Shown piece after piece: positions 10,018-18,812 of a DNA stretch of 64,000 nucleotides (position 1 is its first letter; each line of letters starts with the position of its first letter). The translations under genes were made by a program, and so were the position numbers. This stretch comes from Lachnospiraceae bacterium (lineage in GTDB: Bacteria > Bacillota > Clostridia > Lachnospirales > Lachnospiraceae): NCBI GenBank assembly GCA_036307185.1, contig JAXJYC010000020.1, forward strand, positions 6,284-70,283, read 5' to 3'. The notes beneath the pieces were generated by a model. The model worked only from the letters and a program-made list of their open reading frames with translations. It searched no databases and was not told the origin of the DNA.

Positions 10018-11115
10018 ATGAGAGAAAAAGTTTTAATAGTTGAAGATATGGAGATTAACAGGGAAATTCTTGTTAATATTTTAGAGGATGAATATGCTAT
10101 TTTACAGGCTAAGGATGGAGTAGAAGCCTTAGAGGTAATAGATAGAGAACAGGATGATATTGTAGCTATACTTTTAGACTTAGTGATGCCTAATAAGGAT
10201 GGTTTTGAAGTGATGCAAGAACTTAAGGATAGGGGTCTTATGAAGAAGATCCCTGTACTTGTTATCAGTGCGTCTAATCAGCCTTCTACAGAGGCAAAAT
10301 GTCTTGAGTTTGGTGTAGCAGATTTTATAGGTAAGCCATTTGACAGCTCGATTGTGAAGAAGAGAGTTCGTAATGTGGCTTATTATTATGTATATAAGAA
10401 TGATTTGGAGGAGCGTGTAGAGGAACAGACATCTAAGCTTCGTAAGCAGAATAAAATGCTCAAAGAACAGGCAGATAAGCTTAGAGAAGTAAATGAGAGT
10501 ATTATTGATATGCTTGGTGCTGTAGTTGAATATAGAAGTCTTGAGAGCGGTCAGCATATTCAACGAGTAAAGGGCTACACAAGAATTCTTGGTACATATG
10601 TTATGCATGAATATCCAGAGTATAATTTAACTGAGAGTGAATTAGATGTAATAGTGGCAGCTAGTGCCCTTCATGATGTAGGTAAGGTTGCTATTCCAGA
10701 CTGTATTTTACTTAAGCCTGGCAGACTTACAGATGAAGAATTTAAGGAGATGAAGGAACATACAACTAGAGGCTGTAAGATTCTTGAAAATATAAAGGAA
10801 TTATGGGAAGGTCATTATGGTAAGGCCAGCTATGATATATGTAGATATCATCATGAGAGATATGATGGTAGAGGATATCCTGACGGAATAGCAGGCGAGG
10901 ACATCCCTATATCAGCACAGCTTGTGGCCATAGCAGATGTTTACGATGCGTTAACAAATGATAGATGTTATAAGAAAGCGTTTGAACCAGATGAAGCCTG
11001 TGATATGATCGTGAGAGGCGATTGTGGTAAGTTTTCTGCAAAAATTTTACATGCATTTGAGAAGACTAAGGAGGATTTTGAAAGTCTGTTAGTAGAGAGT
11101 AGAAAGAGAGCATAG
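10018..11115 (+). CDS. Response regulator with HD-GYP domain (putative c-di-GMP phosphodiesterase)
   Basis: 365 aa. REC domain (ILLDLVMP...GKPF), coiled linker, then HDVGKVAIPD and HHERYDGRGYP motifs. Confidence 0.85.
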   Translation: MREKVLIVEDMEINREILVNILEDEYAILQAKDGVEALEVIDREQDDIVAILLDLVMPNKDGFEVMQELKDRGLMKKIPVLVISASNQPSTEAKCLEFGVADFIGKPFDSSIVKKRVRNVAYYYVYKNDLEERVEEQTSKLRKQNKMLKEQADKLREVNESIIDMLGAVVEYRSLESGQHIQRVKGYTRILGTYVMHEYPEYNLTESELDVIVAASALHDVGKVAIPDCILLKPGRLTDEEFKEMKEHTTRGCKILENIKELWEGHYGKASYDICRYHHERYDGRGYPDGIAGEDIPISAQLVAIADVYDALTNDRCYKKAFEPDEACDMIVRGDCGKFSAKILHAFEKTKEDFESLLVESRKRA

Positions 11116-11133
11116 ACGGGGGAGGTACTGTGG

Positions 11134-11475
11134 ATGATTGATAAGTTGAAATTTTTAGGTGCAGATATAGATGATGCTATGAGAAGATTTCAAGGAAATG
11201 AGGCATTATACAAAAGATTACTTGCGAAGTTTCCTGAGCAGACTGAGAAACTTAAAGCAGGAGAACATTTTGAAAAAGAAGAGTATGAGAAAGCATTAGA
11301 AAATATTCATACTTTAAAGGGGTTGGCGGCGAACCTTTCTCTTGCTAATCTATATGAGGCATATAGTGAAGTAGTTAATTTACTTAGAACAGAGAGATAT
11401 ATAGAAGCAGAGCAAAGATATTTTTCTTTGTTATCGCTGGAGGAAAAGTATAATAAGGTTATATCTGAAGGTTAA
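11134..11475 (+). CDS. Hpt histidine phosphotransfer protein
   Basis: 113 aa. HTLKGLAANLSL motif with the phosphorylatable His. Confidence 0.75.
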   Translation: MIDKLKFLGADIDDAMRRFQGNEALYKRLLAKFPEQTEKLKAGEHFEKEEYEKALENIHTLKGLAANLSLANLYEAYSEVVNLLRTERYIEAEQRYFSLLSLEEKYNKVISEG

Positions 11476-11496
11476 TGGAGAAGAGGGGTCTATAAA

Positions 11497-14217
11497 ATGA
11501 TACTAGTCGGGAACTTTTTTGGGCAGATATTCTGTATAGGGTTAATGCTTGCGCTAGCTTCTGGCGTAATCGGTGGAATTATGCAGAAGGAGAATAAAGC
11601 ATTATTCAGAGTAATCGGTGCTAATATTTTGTACAGTATTACATGTATACTGTGGCAGGTTACAGATGGAAAGGAATTAATGTTCAATTATGTTATACAC
11701 TATGGTGTGAATGTGCTCATTTGTGTTAGTGCATCTTTTCTTGGGGCGAGCTACTATAAGTACTTATACTATGTTGTATATGAAAAATATCCAAAGCGTA
11801 TATTAGTAAGCGGACCAGCAATTGTCTTATCAGCGGTTGCGTTTGTGTCTATAAACACACATTGGTTATTTTATATTGATAGTAAGAATCAGTATGTAAG
11901 AGGTGATTTGTATATACTTAACCTCTTTCTTTCTTATGCTTACATATTTATTTTCCTTATTCAGGCTGTTAGAGGGTATATTACTGAGAAACATATAGAT
12001 AAGAAAAGAAGAATACTTATCGCGGCATCATTTGTTATATTTCCAAGTATATGCGGTATAGCCCAGTTTTTCTTTCCAGGTGCATCATTTCATAGCTATG
12101 GCGTAACGTTAGCTATTATGAGTGTATTTGTTAGACTTCAGAAGAATGAGATAACAACTTATATACAGGACAATCAGATACAGAAAGAGAATGCGACAAG
12201 ATATAGAAATACAGTTTTATCTGGTGCTATTCAGTTTGCTGTAGTTAATCTTAGTGAGAATCGTCTGGAAGAACTTTGCGTTCCAGGCCGAGAGGAACTT
12301 ACTATTAAACAGATGATTAATAATGGAATGCTTGAATCAGACAGATATTCAGATGTTACTAAGATATGGCGTTCAGCTGCACAGGGAATGACAGAGGAAC
12401 AGTTGAATCATATGTATGATGTAGAAGCTCTTATTGAGAGATACAATAATGGTGAGCGACTTATACGTGATGAGCTGCTAATTAAAAAGAGTAATGGAAA
12501 CGTGGGATGGTATAGGCAGGATATTACTCTTATCAAGAACCATTTATCTAATGCATATGTAGCTACTATAACTATATATGATATTACAGCAAAGAAGGAA
12601 ATGGAAGTTGCCTATGAGGGTCAGCAGGCTATAACTAGCGCATTAGCATTCGGTGTGAATTCTTACTGGATTATAGATTGGGAAACAGAAGAGTTTGTGG
12701 ATATGTATACCAGAAATGAATATGTTGCGGCCAAGGTAAATCCTCAGATTAAAGGTAGAAGATATACAGAAGCTATGCGATATACATACCAAGCTATATT
12801 AGGAAGAATAGATGATAATATGGCTGAGTATGAAATGGATCAAGTTAGAAGTAGACTTTCTGATCAGGGTAGATACATAGTTTCGGAAGAGATATATTTT
12901 GCACCTACGAATATGTATTTCCAGATAGAGTATGCAGTTCTTAATTACAAGGACAGAATGGCTATTATAATGTCAACAAGAGATGTTACGACAGTTCGTG
13001 AGTCGGAGAGAGCTCTTCAGTTGGAATTAAAAACAGCTTTGGAACAGGCAAAGAGAGCAAATCTTGCTAAGACGAATTTCCTTTTCAATATGTCTCATGA
13101 TATTAGAACACCTATGAATGCTATCTTAGGTTTTAATGAGATAGCTACACAGCATATAGATGACAAAGAAAGAGTACTTGATGCTCTTGAAAAAGCTAAG
13201 TATGCAGGAAAGCATATGCTTGGTGTTATCAATGATATTTTGGATATGTCAAGAATTGATAGTGGTAAGCTAGAACTTGATATTAATATTATCGATGTAA
13301 AAGAGCATATTATGAGATTTGAGGATATGTTCAAGTTTGATATGGAGAAGCGAGGTATCGAGTTTGAGGTAATTGATGAAACTAAGACAAAATATATTTA
13401 TGGAGATTACCTAAGAATTACACAGGTTATAACTAACCTTTTAGGTAATGCAATGAAGTTTACCAAGGCTGGTGGAACAGTAACTTACCATGGTATCGAA
13501 GTAGAGGTAGAGGAAGAAGGCTACGTAGGTTATAACATTCATATTAAGGATACTGGTATTGGTATGAGTGAGGAGTTCCAGAGACGAGTGTTTACAGCCT
13601 TTGAGAGAGAACAGACATCAACTGTTAGTGGTATTCAAGGAACAGGATTAGGACTTGCTATTGTAAAGCGTTTGGTTGAACTTATGGATGGTAAGATCAC
13701 CTTTACAAGTAAGGTGGGTGTGGGATCTGAATTTGTAGTATCATTTAAGGCGAAAGTTGTTGATGAGGCAAATATAGATAAGGCTTTAGGAAAACATGTG
13801 TCAGAGGAAGATTCAAACTTTGATATTAAAGGAAAGAGAATACTCCTTGTAGATGATAACGAATTAAATAGAGAGATTGCCTATGAGATATTGACATCAG
13901 CGGGCTTTGAAGTAGAGCAGGCAGATGATGGTAATACAGCTATTGAGAAGATTTTTGATGCTGATGAAGACTATTTTGATTTGGTATTTATGGATATTCA
14001 GATGCCAAGCATGAATGGATATGAGGCTGCTAGACAGATAAGAAAATTGTCAAATAGAAAGAAGGCTCATATTCCGATAATAGCTATGACAGCCAATGCT
14101 TTTGAGGAGGATAGAGAGAAATCCTTTAAGTCAGGTATGAACGAACATATAGCTAAACCAGTAGATATTGAAAAAGTGATAGAAATTGTTAAAAAAGTTT
14201 ATAGCACCTTAGAGTAG
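11497..14217 (+). CDS. Hybrid sensor histidine kinase/response regulator
   Basis: 906 aa. About 7 N-terminal TM helices, PAS-like region, H-box FLFNMSHDIRTPMNAILGF, N/G boxes (NLLGNAMKFT, DTGIGM, GTGLGLAI), C-terminal REC (LVDDNELNR...FMDIQMP...KPV). Confidence 0.9.
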   Translation: MILVGNFFGQIFCIGLMLALASGVIGGIMQKENKALFRVIGANILYSITCILWQVTDGKELMFNYVIHYGVNVLICVSASFLGASYYKYLYYVVYEKYPKRILVSGPAIVLSAVAFVSINTHWLFYIDSKNQYVRGDLYILNLFLSYAYIFIFLIQAVRGYITEKHIDKKRRILIAASFVIFPSICGIAQFFFPGASFHSYGVTLAIMSVFVRLQKNEITTYIQDNQIQKENATRYRNTVLSGAIQFAVVNLSENRLEELCVPGREELTIKQMINNGMLESDRYSDVTKIWRSAAQGMTEEQLNHMYDVEALIERYNNGERLIRDELLIKKSNGNVGWYRQDITLIKNHLSNAYVATITIYDITAKKEMEVAYEGQQAITSALAFGVNSYWIIDWETEEFVDMYTRNEYVAAKVNPQIKGRRYTEAMRYTYQAILGRIDDNMAEYEMDQVRSRLSDQGRYIVSEEIYFAPTNMYFQIEYAVLNYKDRMAIIMSTRDVTTVRESERALQLELKTALEQAKRANLAKTNFLFNMSHDIRTPMNAILGFNEIATQHIDDKERVLDALEKAKYAGKHMLGVINDILDMSRIDSGKLELDINIIDVKEHIMRFEDMFKFDMEKRGIEFEVIDETKTKYIYGDYLRITQVITNLLGNAMKFTKAGGTVTYHGIEVEVEEEGYVGYNIHIKDTGIGMSEEFQRRVFTAFEREQTSTVSGIQGTGLGLAIVKRLVELMDGKITFTSKVGVGSEFVVSFKAKVVDEANIDKALGKHVSEEDSNFDIKGKRILLVDDNELNREIAYEILTSAGFEVEQADDGNTAIEKIFDADEDYFDLVFMDIQMPSMNGYEAARQIRKLSNRKKAHIPIIAMTANAFEEDREKSFKSGMNEHIAKPVDIEKVIEIVKKVYSTLE

Positions 14218-14234
14218 GGTGTGGTATAATTCAA

Positions 14235-14267
14235 GGAAGTAGGACTTGAAGGATAAGTGCTACTTCC
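14235..14267 (+). terminator. Stem-loop after the hybrid kinase gene
   Basis: GGAAGTAG...CTACTTCC (8-bp stem, 17-nt loop). Only a weak T-rich tail follows. Confidence 0.45.
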
Positions 14268-14370
14268 TATGTTTATATTATTGGATAAATTTATCTACAG
14301 ATAAAGGTATGAATAGATTCTATAATTATAAACTAGGACTTAGATAAAATGATTTAGGTGAGGTGCACTG

Positions 14371-15906
14371 ATGATAAAAGTAACATCATATAGAGGACAT
14401 ATAAGAAACTGGGAAAATTTATGTAGAGAGCTTTCTATTGATTTAGGCTTATCTAGAGAAGAAAGAGAAAATGAAATTCTTATTAAAGCATACGAAAAAT
14501 GGGGCGGTGATATGGCGAATCATATGCACGGAATGTTTGCGTTTGCTTTATGGGATGATGAAAAAGAGAGATTATTCTGCTTAAGAGATCAGTTTGGTAC
14601 TAAGCCATTTTATTATTATGAGACAGCAGATGGTCAGTTTTTATATGGAACAATGATTAGAGAAATTATGGACAAGCCTGGTTTTGTAAAGGAGCTTAAC
14701 GAGGATTTGCTTCAGATATATATGAGTCTTACATATGTGCCAGGTGAGGATACGTTCTTTAAGGGTGTTAAGAAGTTATTGCCAGGTAGATATCTTGTGT
14801 GGGAAAAGGGTCAGATAGAGATAAAGAGATATTTTACACCAACATTTGCTCCTGATGAAACAAAGACACTTGAAGAATGGGCAGATATGATACATTCTAC
14901 AGTTAAGGATATCTTTAAAGAGGTTAAGAGTGAGGATGAATATGCAGAGTCATTCTTATCTGGTGGCGTGGATTCATCTTATGTATTAGCTATGTCAGAT
15001 GTTAAGATATCAGCTTCTTGTGGATACGAGGAAGAAAGATTTGATGAATCAGTATTAGCAAAGGCAACAGCTGACATTTTAGGCAGAGGCAACAACAGAT
15101 GTCTTATAACACCAGAGGAGTATTTTGATATAGTACCATATGTTATGTATAATATGGAGCAACCACTTGGAGATGCATCGGCGATAGCATTTGCGTTAGG
15201 ATGCAAGAAGACAGCAGAGAGTACAAAGCTTTGCTACTCAGGTGAGGGTGCAGACGAATTCTTTGGCGGTTACAATATGTATCGTAATGCAGAGAGATAC
15301 GGAGATAATCTTAAGACTTTCTATGTAGGAAATACAAATATTATGAAGGAAGATGAGAAGCAAAAGCTTCTTAAGAATTACAAAGAAGGCTTCCTTCCAA
15401 TCGATTTAGTTAAGGATATGTATACTGAGATGGAGGGATTAGATCCATTATCTAAGATGTCTGCCATTGATATTCAGATATGGCTTGAGGGTGATATTTA
15501 CTTAAATGTAGATAAGATGAGTGAGGCAGCTGGATTGGAGATTAGAATGCCACTTACAGATATGAGAATATTTGATATAGCTTCACATATGCCTTCTAAG
15601 TATAAGATTAATGAGGAACACAATAAGGTGGCGTTAAGAACTGCCGCTTCTAAGGTGCTTCCAGAGGAAATTGCTTTTAGAAAGAAGCTTGGATTTATCG
15701 TACCTATCAGAGTTTGGATGGCAGATGATAGATATAATGGGGATGTGAAAAAACGTATAACTGGTGAGACAGCAGCAAAATTCTTTGATATAAATCAGGT
15801 TAAGGCTATTTGGGAGGAATATGTAACTGTTAACTCAGATAATTGGAGAAAAATATGGACTATCTACACATTTGTAGTGTGGTATGAGGAGTATTTTTGT
15901 AAATAG
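14371..15906 (+). CDS. Asparagine-synthetase (AsnB)-family protein lacking the N-terminal part of the glutaminase domain
   Basis: 511 aa. PP-loop SFLSGGVDSS and SGEGADEFFGGY are intact. The protein starts at about residue 74 of B. subtilis AsnB as I recall its sequence, so there is no Met-Cys nucleophile. Own RBS ggtgagg. Confidence 0.75.
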   Translation: MIKVTSYRGHIRNWENLCRELSIDLGLSREERENEILIKAYEKWGGDMANHMHGMFAFALWDDEKERLFCLRDQFGTKPFYYYETADGQFLYGTMIREIMDKPGFVKELNEDLLQIYMSLTYVPGEDTFFKGVKKLLPGRYLVWEKGQIEIKRYFTPTFAPDETKTLEEWADMIHSTVKDIFKEVKSEDEYAESFLSGGVDSSYVLAMSDVKISASCGYEEERFDESVLAKATADILGRGNNRCLITPEEYFDIVPYVMYNMEQPLGDASAIAFALGCKKTAESTKLCYSGEGADEFFGGYNMYRNAERYGDNLKTFYVGNTNIMKEDEKQKLLKNYKEGFLPIDLVKDMYTEMEGLDPLSKMSAIDIQIWLEGDIYLNVDKMSEAAGLEIRMPLTDMRIFDIASHMPSKYKINEEHNKVALRTAASKVLPEEIAFRKKLGFIVPIRVWMADDRYNGDVKKRITGETAAKFFDINQVKAIWEEYVTVNSDNWRKIWTIYTFVVWYEEYFCK

Positions 15907-15950
15907 AAGGATATGTTTGCGTAGGGTTCATTAAAGAGCAAGGAGGAAAA

Positions 15951-17522
15951 TTGGTGGGAAAAAGAAAAAAACAAAAGATTACATTATTTATAATGATGAT
16001 TATTTTATCTATTGCTTATATGGGCTGGAGAATTTTTGTGACAACGCCTTTTGATGTAGGAGGCGCATCCATAGTTTTGGCGACAGTCTTGCTTTTGGTA
16101 GAGTTTGTAAATATTACCGTTAGTTATGGACATTTGGCTTTTACGGGTGAAGGTAAGGGAATGCCAAGTGTACGATTGGTTAGTGAAGGTAAGCATACAT
16201 ATGTCACATTTAATGAAGGAAAAGTAGGGTCAATTCCAAATGGTTTGGAAGGCTTGGTAAATCAGTATAAGGATTGTCTAGTTAATTCAAAAATATATTG
16301 GCTTAGAATTATATGTAGATTTGGGTATATTATTATTCCAGTTATAGCAAGTATATTTGGTTTGGTTATTTTTGATACTAAATTTGCGTATATGATATAC
16401 GTATGGGCAGCCTTTTACTTTATTTTCACATTAGTAGTAAAAGGGATATCTAATGGTTATAGAAATATTCGAGTGAATAATTTTTATGATACAGGATTAC
16501 TTGGAAATACACTTGTACCAGTAGTTTTGGAAAAGCTAAGACTTAAGAAGAGTAGTAGAATATCAAAAAAACATAGATGGGGATATATTGTGCCTAATGT
16601 GTTGCTACTTGTTTTATCAATTGTAGCAGTAGTTATGTGTCTTATTAGAGCTGATAAAGCTATGACTAGCACTCAATTAGTTACAATAAAAAATATTGGT
16701 TTATATTATATAGTTATATTAATTTGGCTTATTCATAATGTGTACGTTCTTGTAATCACAATGTTTTTTTTATTTGGAAGAAAGAGAGAACGACAGTTAG
16801 AACGTCATGAGATAGCTGTTGATGCATTAGTTAAGAGTGATGATGTGTTCTTTGAGGGAACAACAATTGACCTAACAGAAGGTGGAATTAGTATTAAGAC
16901 AGGTTTTCCAGAGTATATCCATGATGATGATGTGGTAGAAATTATATGTAAAGCACCAGATAAGGATGTGTCTGTTAGATTTAAGGCAAAGGTGGTCTAT
17001 TCGACCAACTATGGTGAGGAATATAAGTATGCTTTTTGTATAGTGGATATAGATGAGGAAAATCAAAAAGCATATAAAGATATAATGTATAATAGAAAGC
17101 CATCATATAGAAAGATACAATGGGTAGATGCAAGTATTTTAGGGGAAATATTTACTATTATCAAAAAGAGGAAAAAGAAGAGAACTAGAAATGTTAGAAG
17201 ATTAGCAAGGCTTGCACTGTATAAGGAATTAAAAACAACAACAAATAGAGATGTTTTATTGTATAACTTTAGCTATGAATTTATGTTGCTTGGACATAAG
17301 AAAAAGCAAAAAATAGACAGAGAGATTGAGGTTATATTTGAAGATGGTCTGGTGGTAAAGGGTAGCCGTGAGTATGAGAAACTATCATTCCCTGATACAG
17401 ACAGAGTTGTAGTGCTATATCAAGTAACGAATATAGAAGAGTTTATTAAGAATAAAAATTTAAAACCATTGCTAAGCAAATGGTCCGAAGAATATAAGAG
17501 TAATATTTCAGAAGATAAGTAA
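15951..17522 (+). CDS. Polytopic membrane protein with C-terminal PilZ domain; cellulose-synthase-like scaffold without a GT-A core
   Basis: 523 aa. TTG start after aaggagg. N terminus YMGWRIFVTTP...LLLVEF resembles the Y-x-x-WR-x-x-x-T entry of BcsA-type synthases. KKHRWG is a possible QxxRW remnant. PilZ motifs: RKRERQLER (RxxxR), 21 residues, then DLTEGG (DxSxxG-type). Confidence 0.65.
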   Translation: MVGKRKKQKITLFIMMIILSIAYMGWRIFVTTPFDVGGASIVLATVLLLVEFVNITVSYGHLAFTGEGKGMPSVRLVSEGKHTYVTFNEGKVGSIPNGLEGLVNQYKDCLVNSKIYWLRIICRFGYIIIPVIASIFGLVIFDTKFAYMIYVWAAFYFIFTLVVKGISNGYRNIRVNNFYDTGLLGNTLVPVVLEKLRLKKSSRISKKHRWGYIVPNVLLLVLSIVAVVMCLIRADKAMTSTQLVTIKNIGLYYIVILIWLIHNVYVLVITMFFLFGRKRERQLERHEIAVDALVKSDDVFFEGTTIDLTEGGISIKTGFPEYIHDDDVVEIICKAPDKDVSVRFKAKVVYSTNYGEEYKYAFCIVDIDEENQKAYKDIMYNRKPSYRKIQWVDASILGEIFTIIKKRKKKRTRNVRRLARLALYKELKTTTNRDVLLYNFSYEFMLLGHKKKQKIDREIEVIFEDGLVVKGSREYEKLSFPDTDRVVVLYQVTNIEEFIKNKNLKPLLSKWSEEYKSNISEDK

Positions 17523-17547
17523 ATAATATGTACTTTAGGAGGAAGGT

Positions 17548-18168
17548 ATGAGTATAAAGAGGGTTGGAGTAGCAAGTGTAGTATTTAGATTATGCGCAGT
17601 ATTATTTGCGTTTGAGGTTATTAATTTATTTGTTTTAGAAAGCTCAAAGGGTATTTTGGAACGTAAAGCAAATATTTTACCAATGTTTGGGTTATTATTA
17701 ATATTACCATATATAATAGTAAGTGGCTTATATATTAAGAAGGCGTTAAAAGAAAATGATTTAAGCAAGATGGCAATTCCTCATGCAGTATTTGCAGTGG
17801 TTATAATGGCTGTTGCGGCTGGATTTTTCTCATTAATTAGAGTGGCTAAGCTTAATGTATTAGCTATAGTGGTAGTGGCTGTGCTTGGGGCATACATAAT
17901 TGGTTATCTTATTTTCTATAAGGTTAAGAAAGATGAGATAAAGAAAATGACAGCAAATGCATCTGAGACATTAAAAACAGAAGTAATAGCTAAGGAAGAG
18001 TACAAGATGCTTGTAAAGATTCTTGGAGTATCTTTAGTTGGAGCTGCAGCTATTGATGAGTTTATTTATCTTGAAAAGTTAAGTGATAGCCTTATACTTA
18101 TAGGCATTTATATGGTTATAATGTTTGTAACTACAAGAGTGATATTTAAGTCAATAGATAAGAAGTAA
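17548..18168 (+). CDS. Hypothetical membrane protein
   Basis: 206 aa. Strong RBS aggagg. About five hydrophobic helices. No recognisable family. Confidence 0.5.
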   Translation: MSIKRVGVASVVFRLCAVLFAFEVINLFVLESSKGILERKANILPMFGLLLILPYIIVSGLYIKKALKENDLSKMAIPHAVFAVVIMAVAAGFFSLIRVAKLNVLAIVVVAVLGAYIIGYLIFYKVKKDEIKKMTANASETLKTEVIAKEEYKMLVKILGVSLVGAAAIDEFIYLEKLSDSLILIGIYMVIMFVTTRVIFKSIDKK

Positions 18169-18188
18169 AAACAGATTGTTATTATTTA

Positions 18189-18220
18189 GAACAGGTCGTT
18201 AAATGCGGCCTGTTCTTTTT
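18189..18220 (+). terminator. Intrinsic terminator
   Basis: GAACAGGTCGttaaatGCGGCCTGTTC followed by TTTTT. Confidence 0.8.
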
Positions 18221-18270
18221 GTAATATGGGATAGATTTTAAAGGAAGTTTTTCTATACTATAAAAATTAT

Positions 18271-18290
18271 TTTGATAAAAAATTATCAAA
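18271..18290. promoter_or_regulatory. Fur-box-like inverted repeat upstream of feoA
   Basis: TTTGATAAaaaaTTATCAAA: 8-bp perfect arms containing TGATAA/TTATCA half sites. Lies 5 nt upstream of a TTGACA -35 element (18296-18301). Confidence 0.5.
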
Positions 18291-18333
18291 TGTTCTTGAC
18301 AATATATGGTTTATATTATATCTTATCTATGTG

Positions 18334-18349
18334 GTTAGTGATAACTAAC
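18334..18349. promoter_or_regulatory. Inverted repeat GTTAGT-N4-ACTAAC, copy 1 (feoA leader)
   Basis: gttagtGATAactaac read directly. The same arms recur at 18747-18762. Confidence 0.4.
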
Positions 18350-18446
18350 GCGAAATAGACAAGACGGATAAGAGTTAGAAATAACGTATTCGGTAAAAGA
18401 TTATAGAACTAATATGGAATTGGGTTAAGAAAAAGGAGGACGTAAT

Positions 18447-18659
18447 ATGGATTTATGTAATGCTATTTTAGGTGAAGAATATATTGTAAGAGATATTGTA
18501 ACAGAAGATGAGGAGCTTAATTCCTTCTTGTTTTCCTTGGGTTGTTATGGGGGAGAACCAATCACAGTTGTGACACGTAAGAGAAATAGTTGCGTAGTAT
18601 CTATAAAGGATGCAAGATACAATATTGACAATGAGCTTGCTAAGGCTATAGCGGTATAG
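18447..18659 (+). CDS. feoA: FeoA family ferrous iron transport protein
   Basis: 70 aa. SH3-like FeoA pattern (GEEYIVRDI...LGCYGGEPITVV). RBS aaaggagg. Confidence 0.8.
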   Translation: MDLCNAILGEEYIVRDIVTEDEELNSFLFSLGCYGGEPITVVTRKRNSCVVSIKDARYNIDNELAKAIAV

Positions 18660-18706
18660 ATAGTAGCTGTATAGATATAAGAGGAAGTAGTTGAGATATA
18701 GATAGA

Positions 18707-18738
18707 GTTAGAGTTCTTAACTGGAACTCTTAACTTTT
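18707..18738 (+). terminator. Terminator-like hairpin between feoA and feoB
   Basis: AGAGTTCttaactgGAACTCT with a gtt/aac extension, followed by TTTT. Confidence 0.45.
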
Positions 18739-18746
18739 GGATAGCA

Positions 18747-18771
18747 GTTAGTTTAGACTAACAGGTATAAT
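18747..18771 (+). promoter_or_regulatory. Inverted repeat GTTAGT-N4-ACTAAC, copy 2, abutting a TATAAT box upstream of feoB
   Basis: gttagtTTAGactaac at 18747-18762, then TATAAT at 18766-18771. Confidence 0.4.
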
Positions 18772-18812
18772 TTATGACTAACGAAATAAAAGATGTTTTA
18801 GGAGGAAATATA

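Noticed and set aside
18774-18812. N-terminal extension of feoB (track start 18774)
   Set aside because: The aggagg RBS lies inside the extension, 7 nt before the ATG at 18813, and the G-domain P-loop starts right after that ATG.
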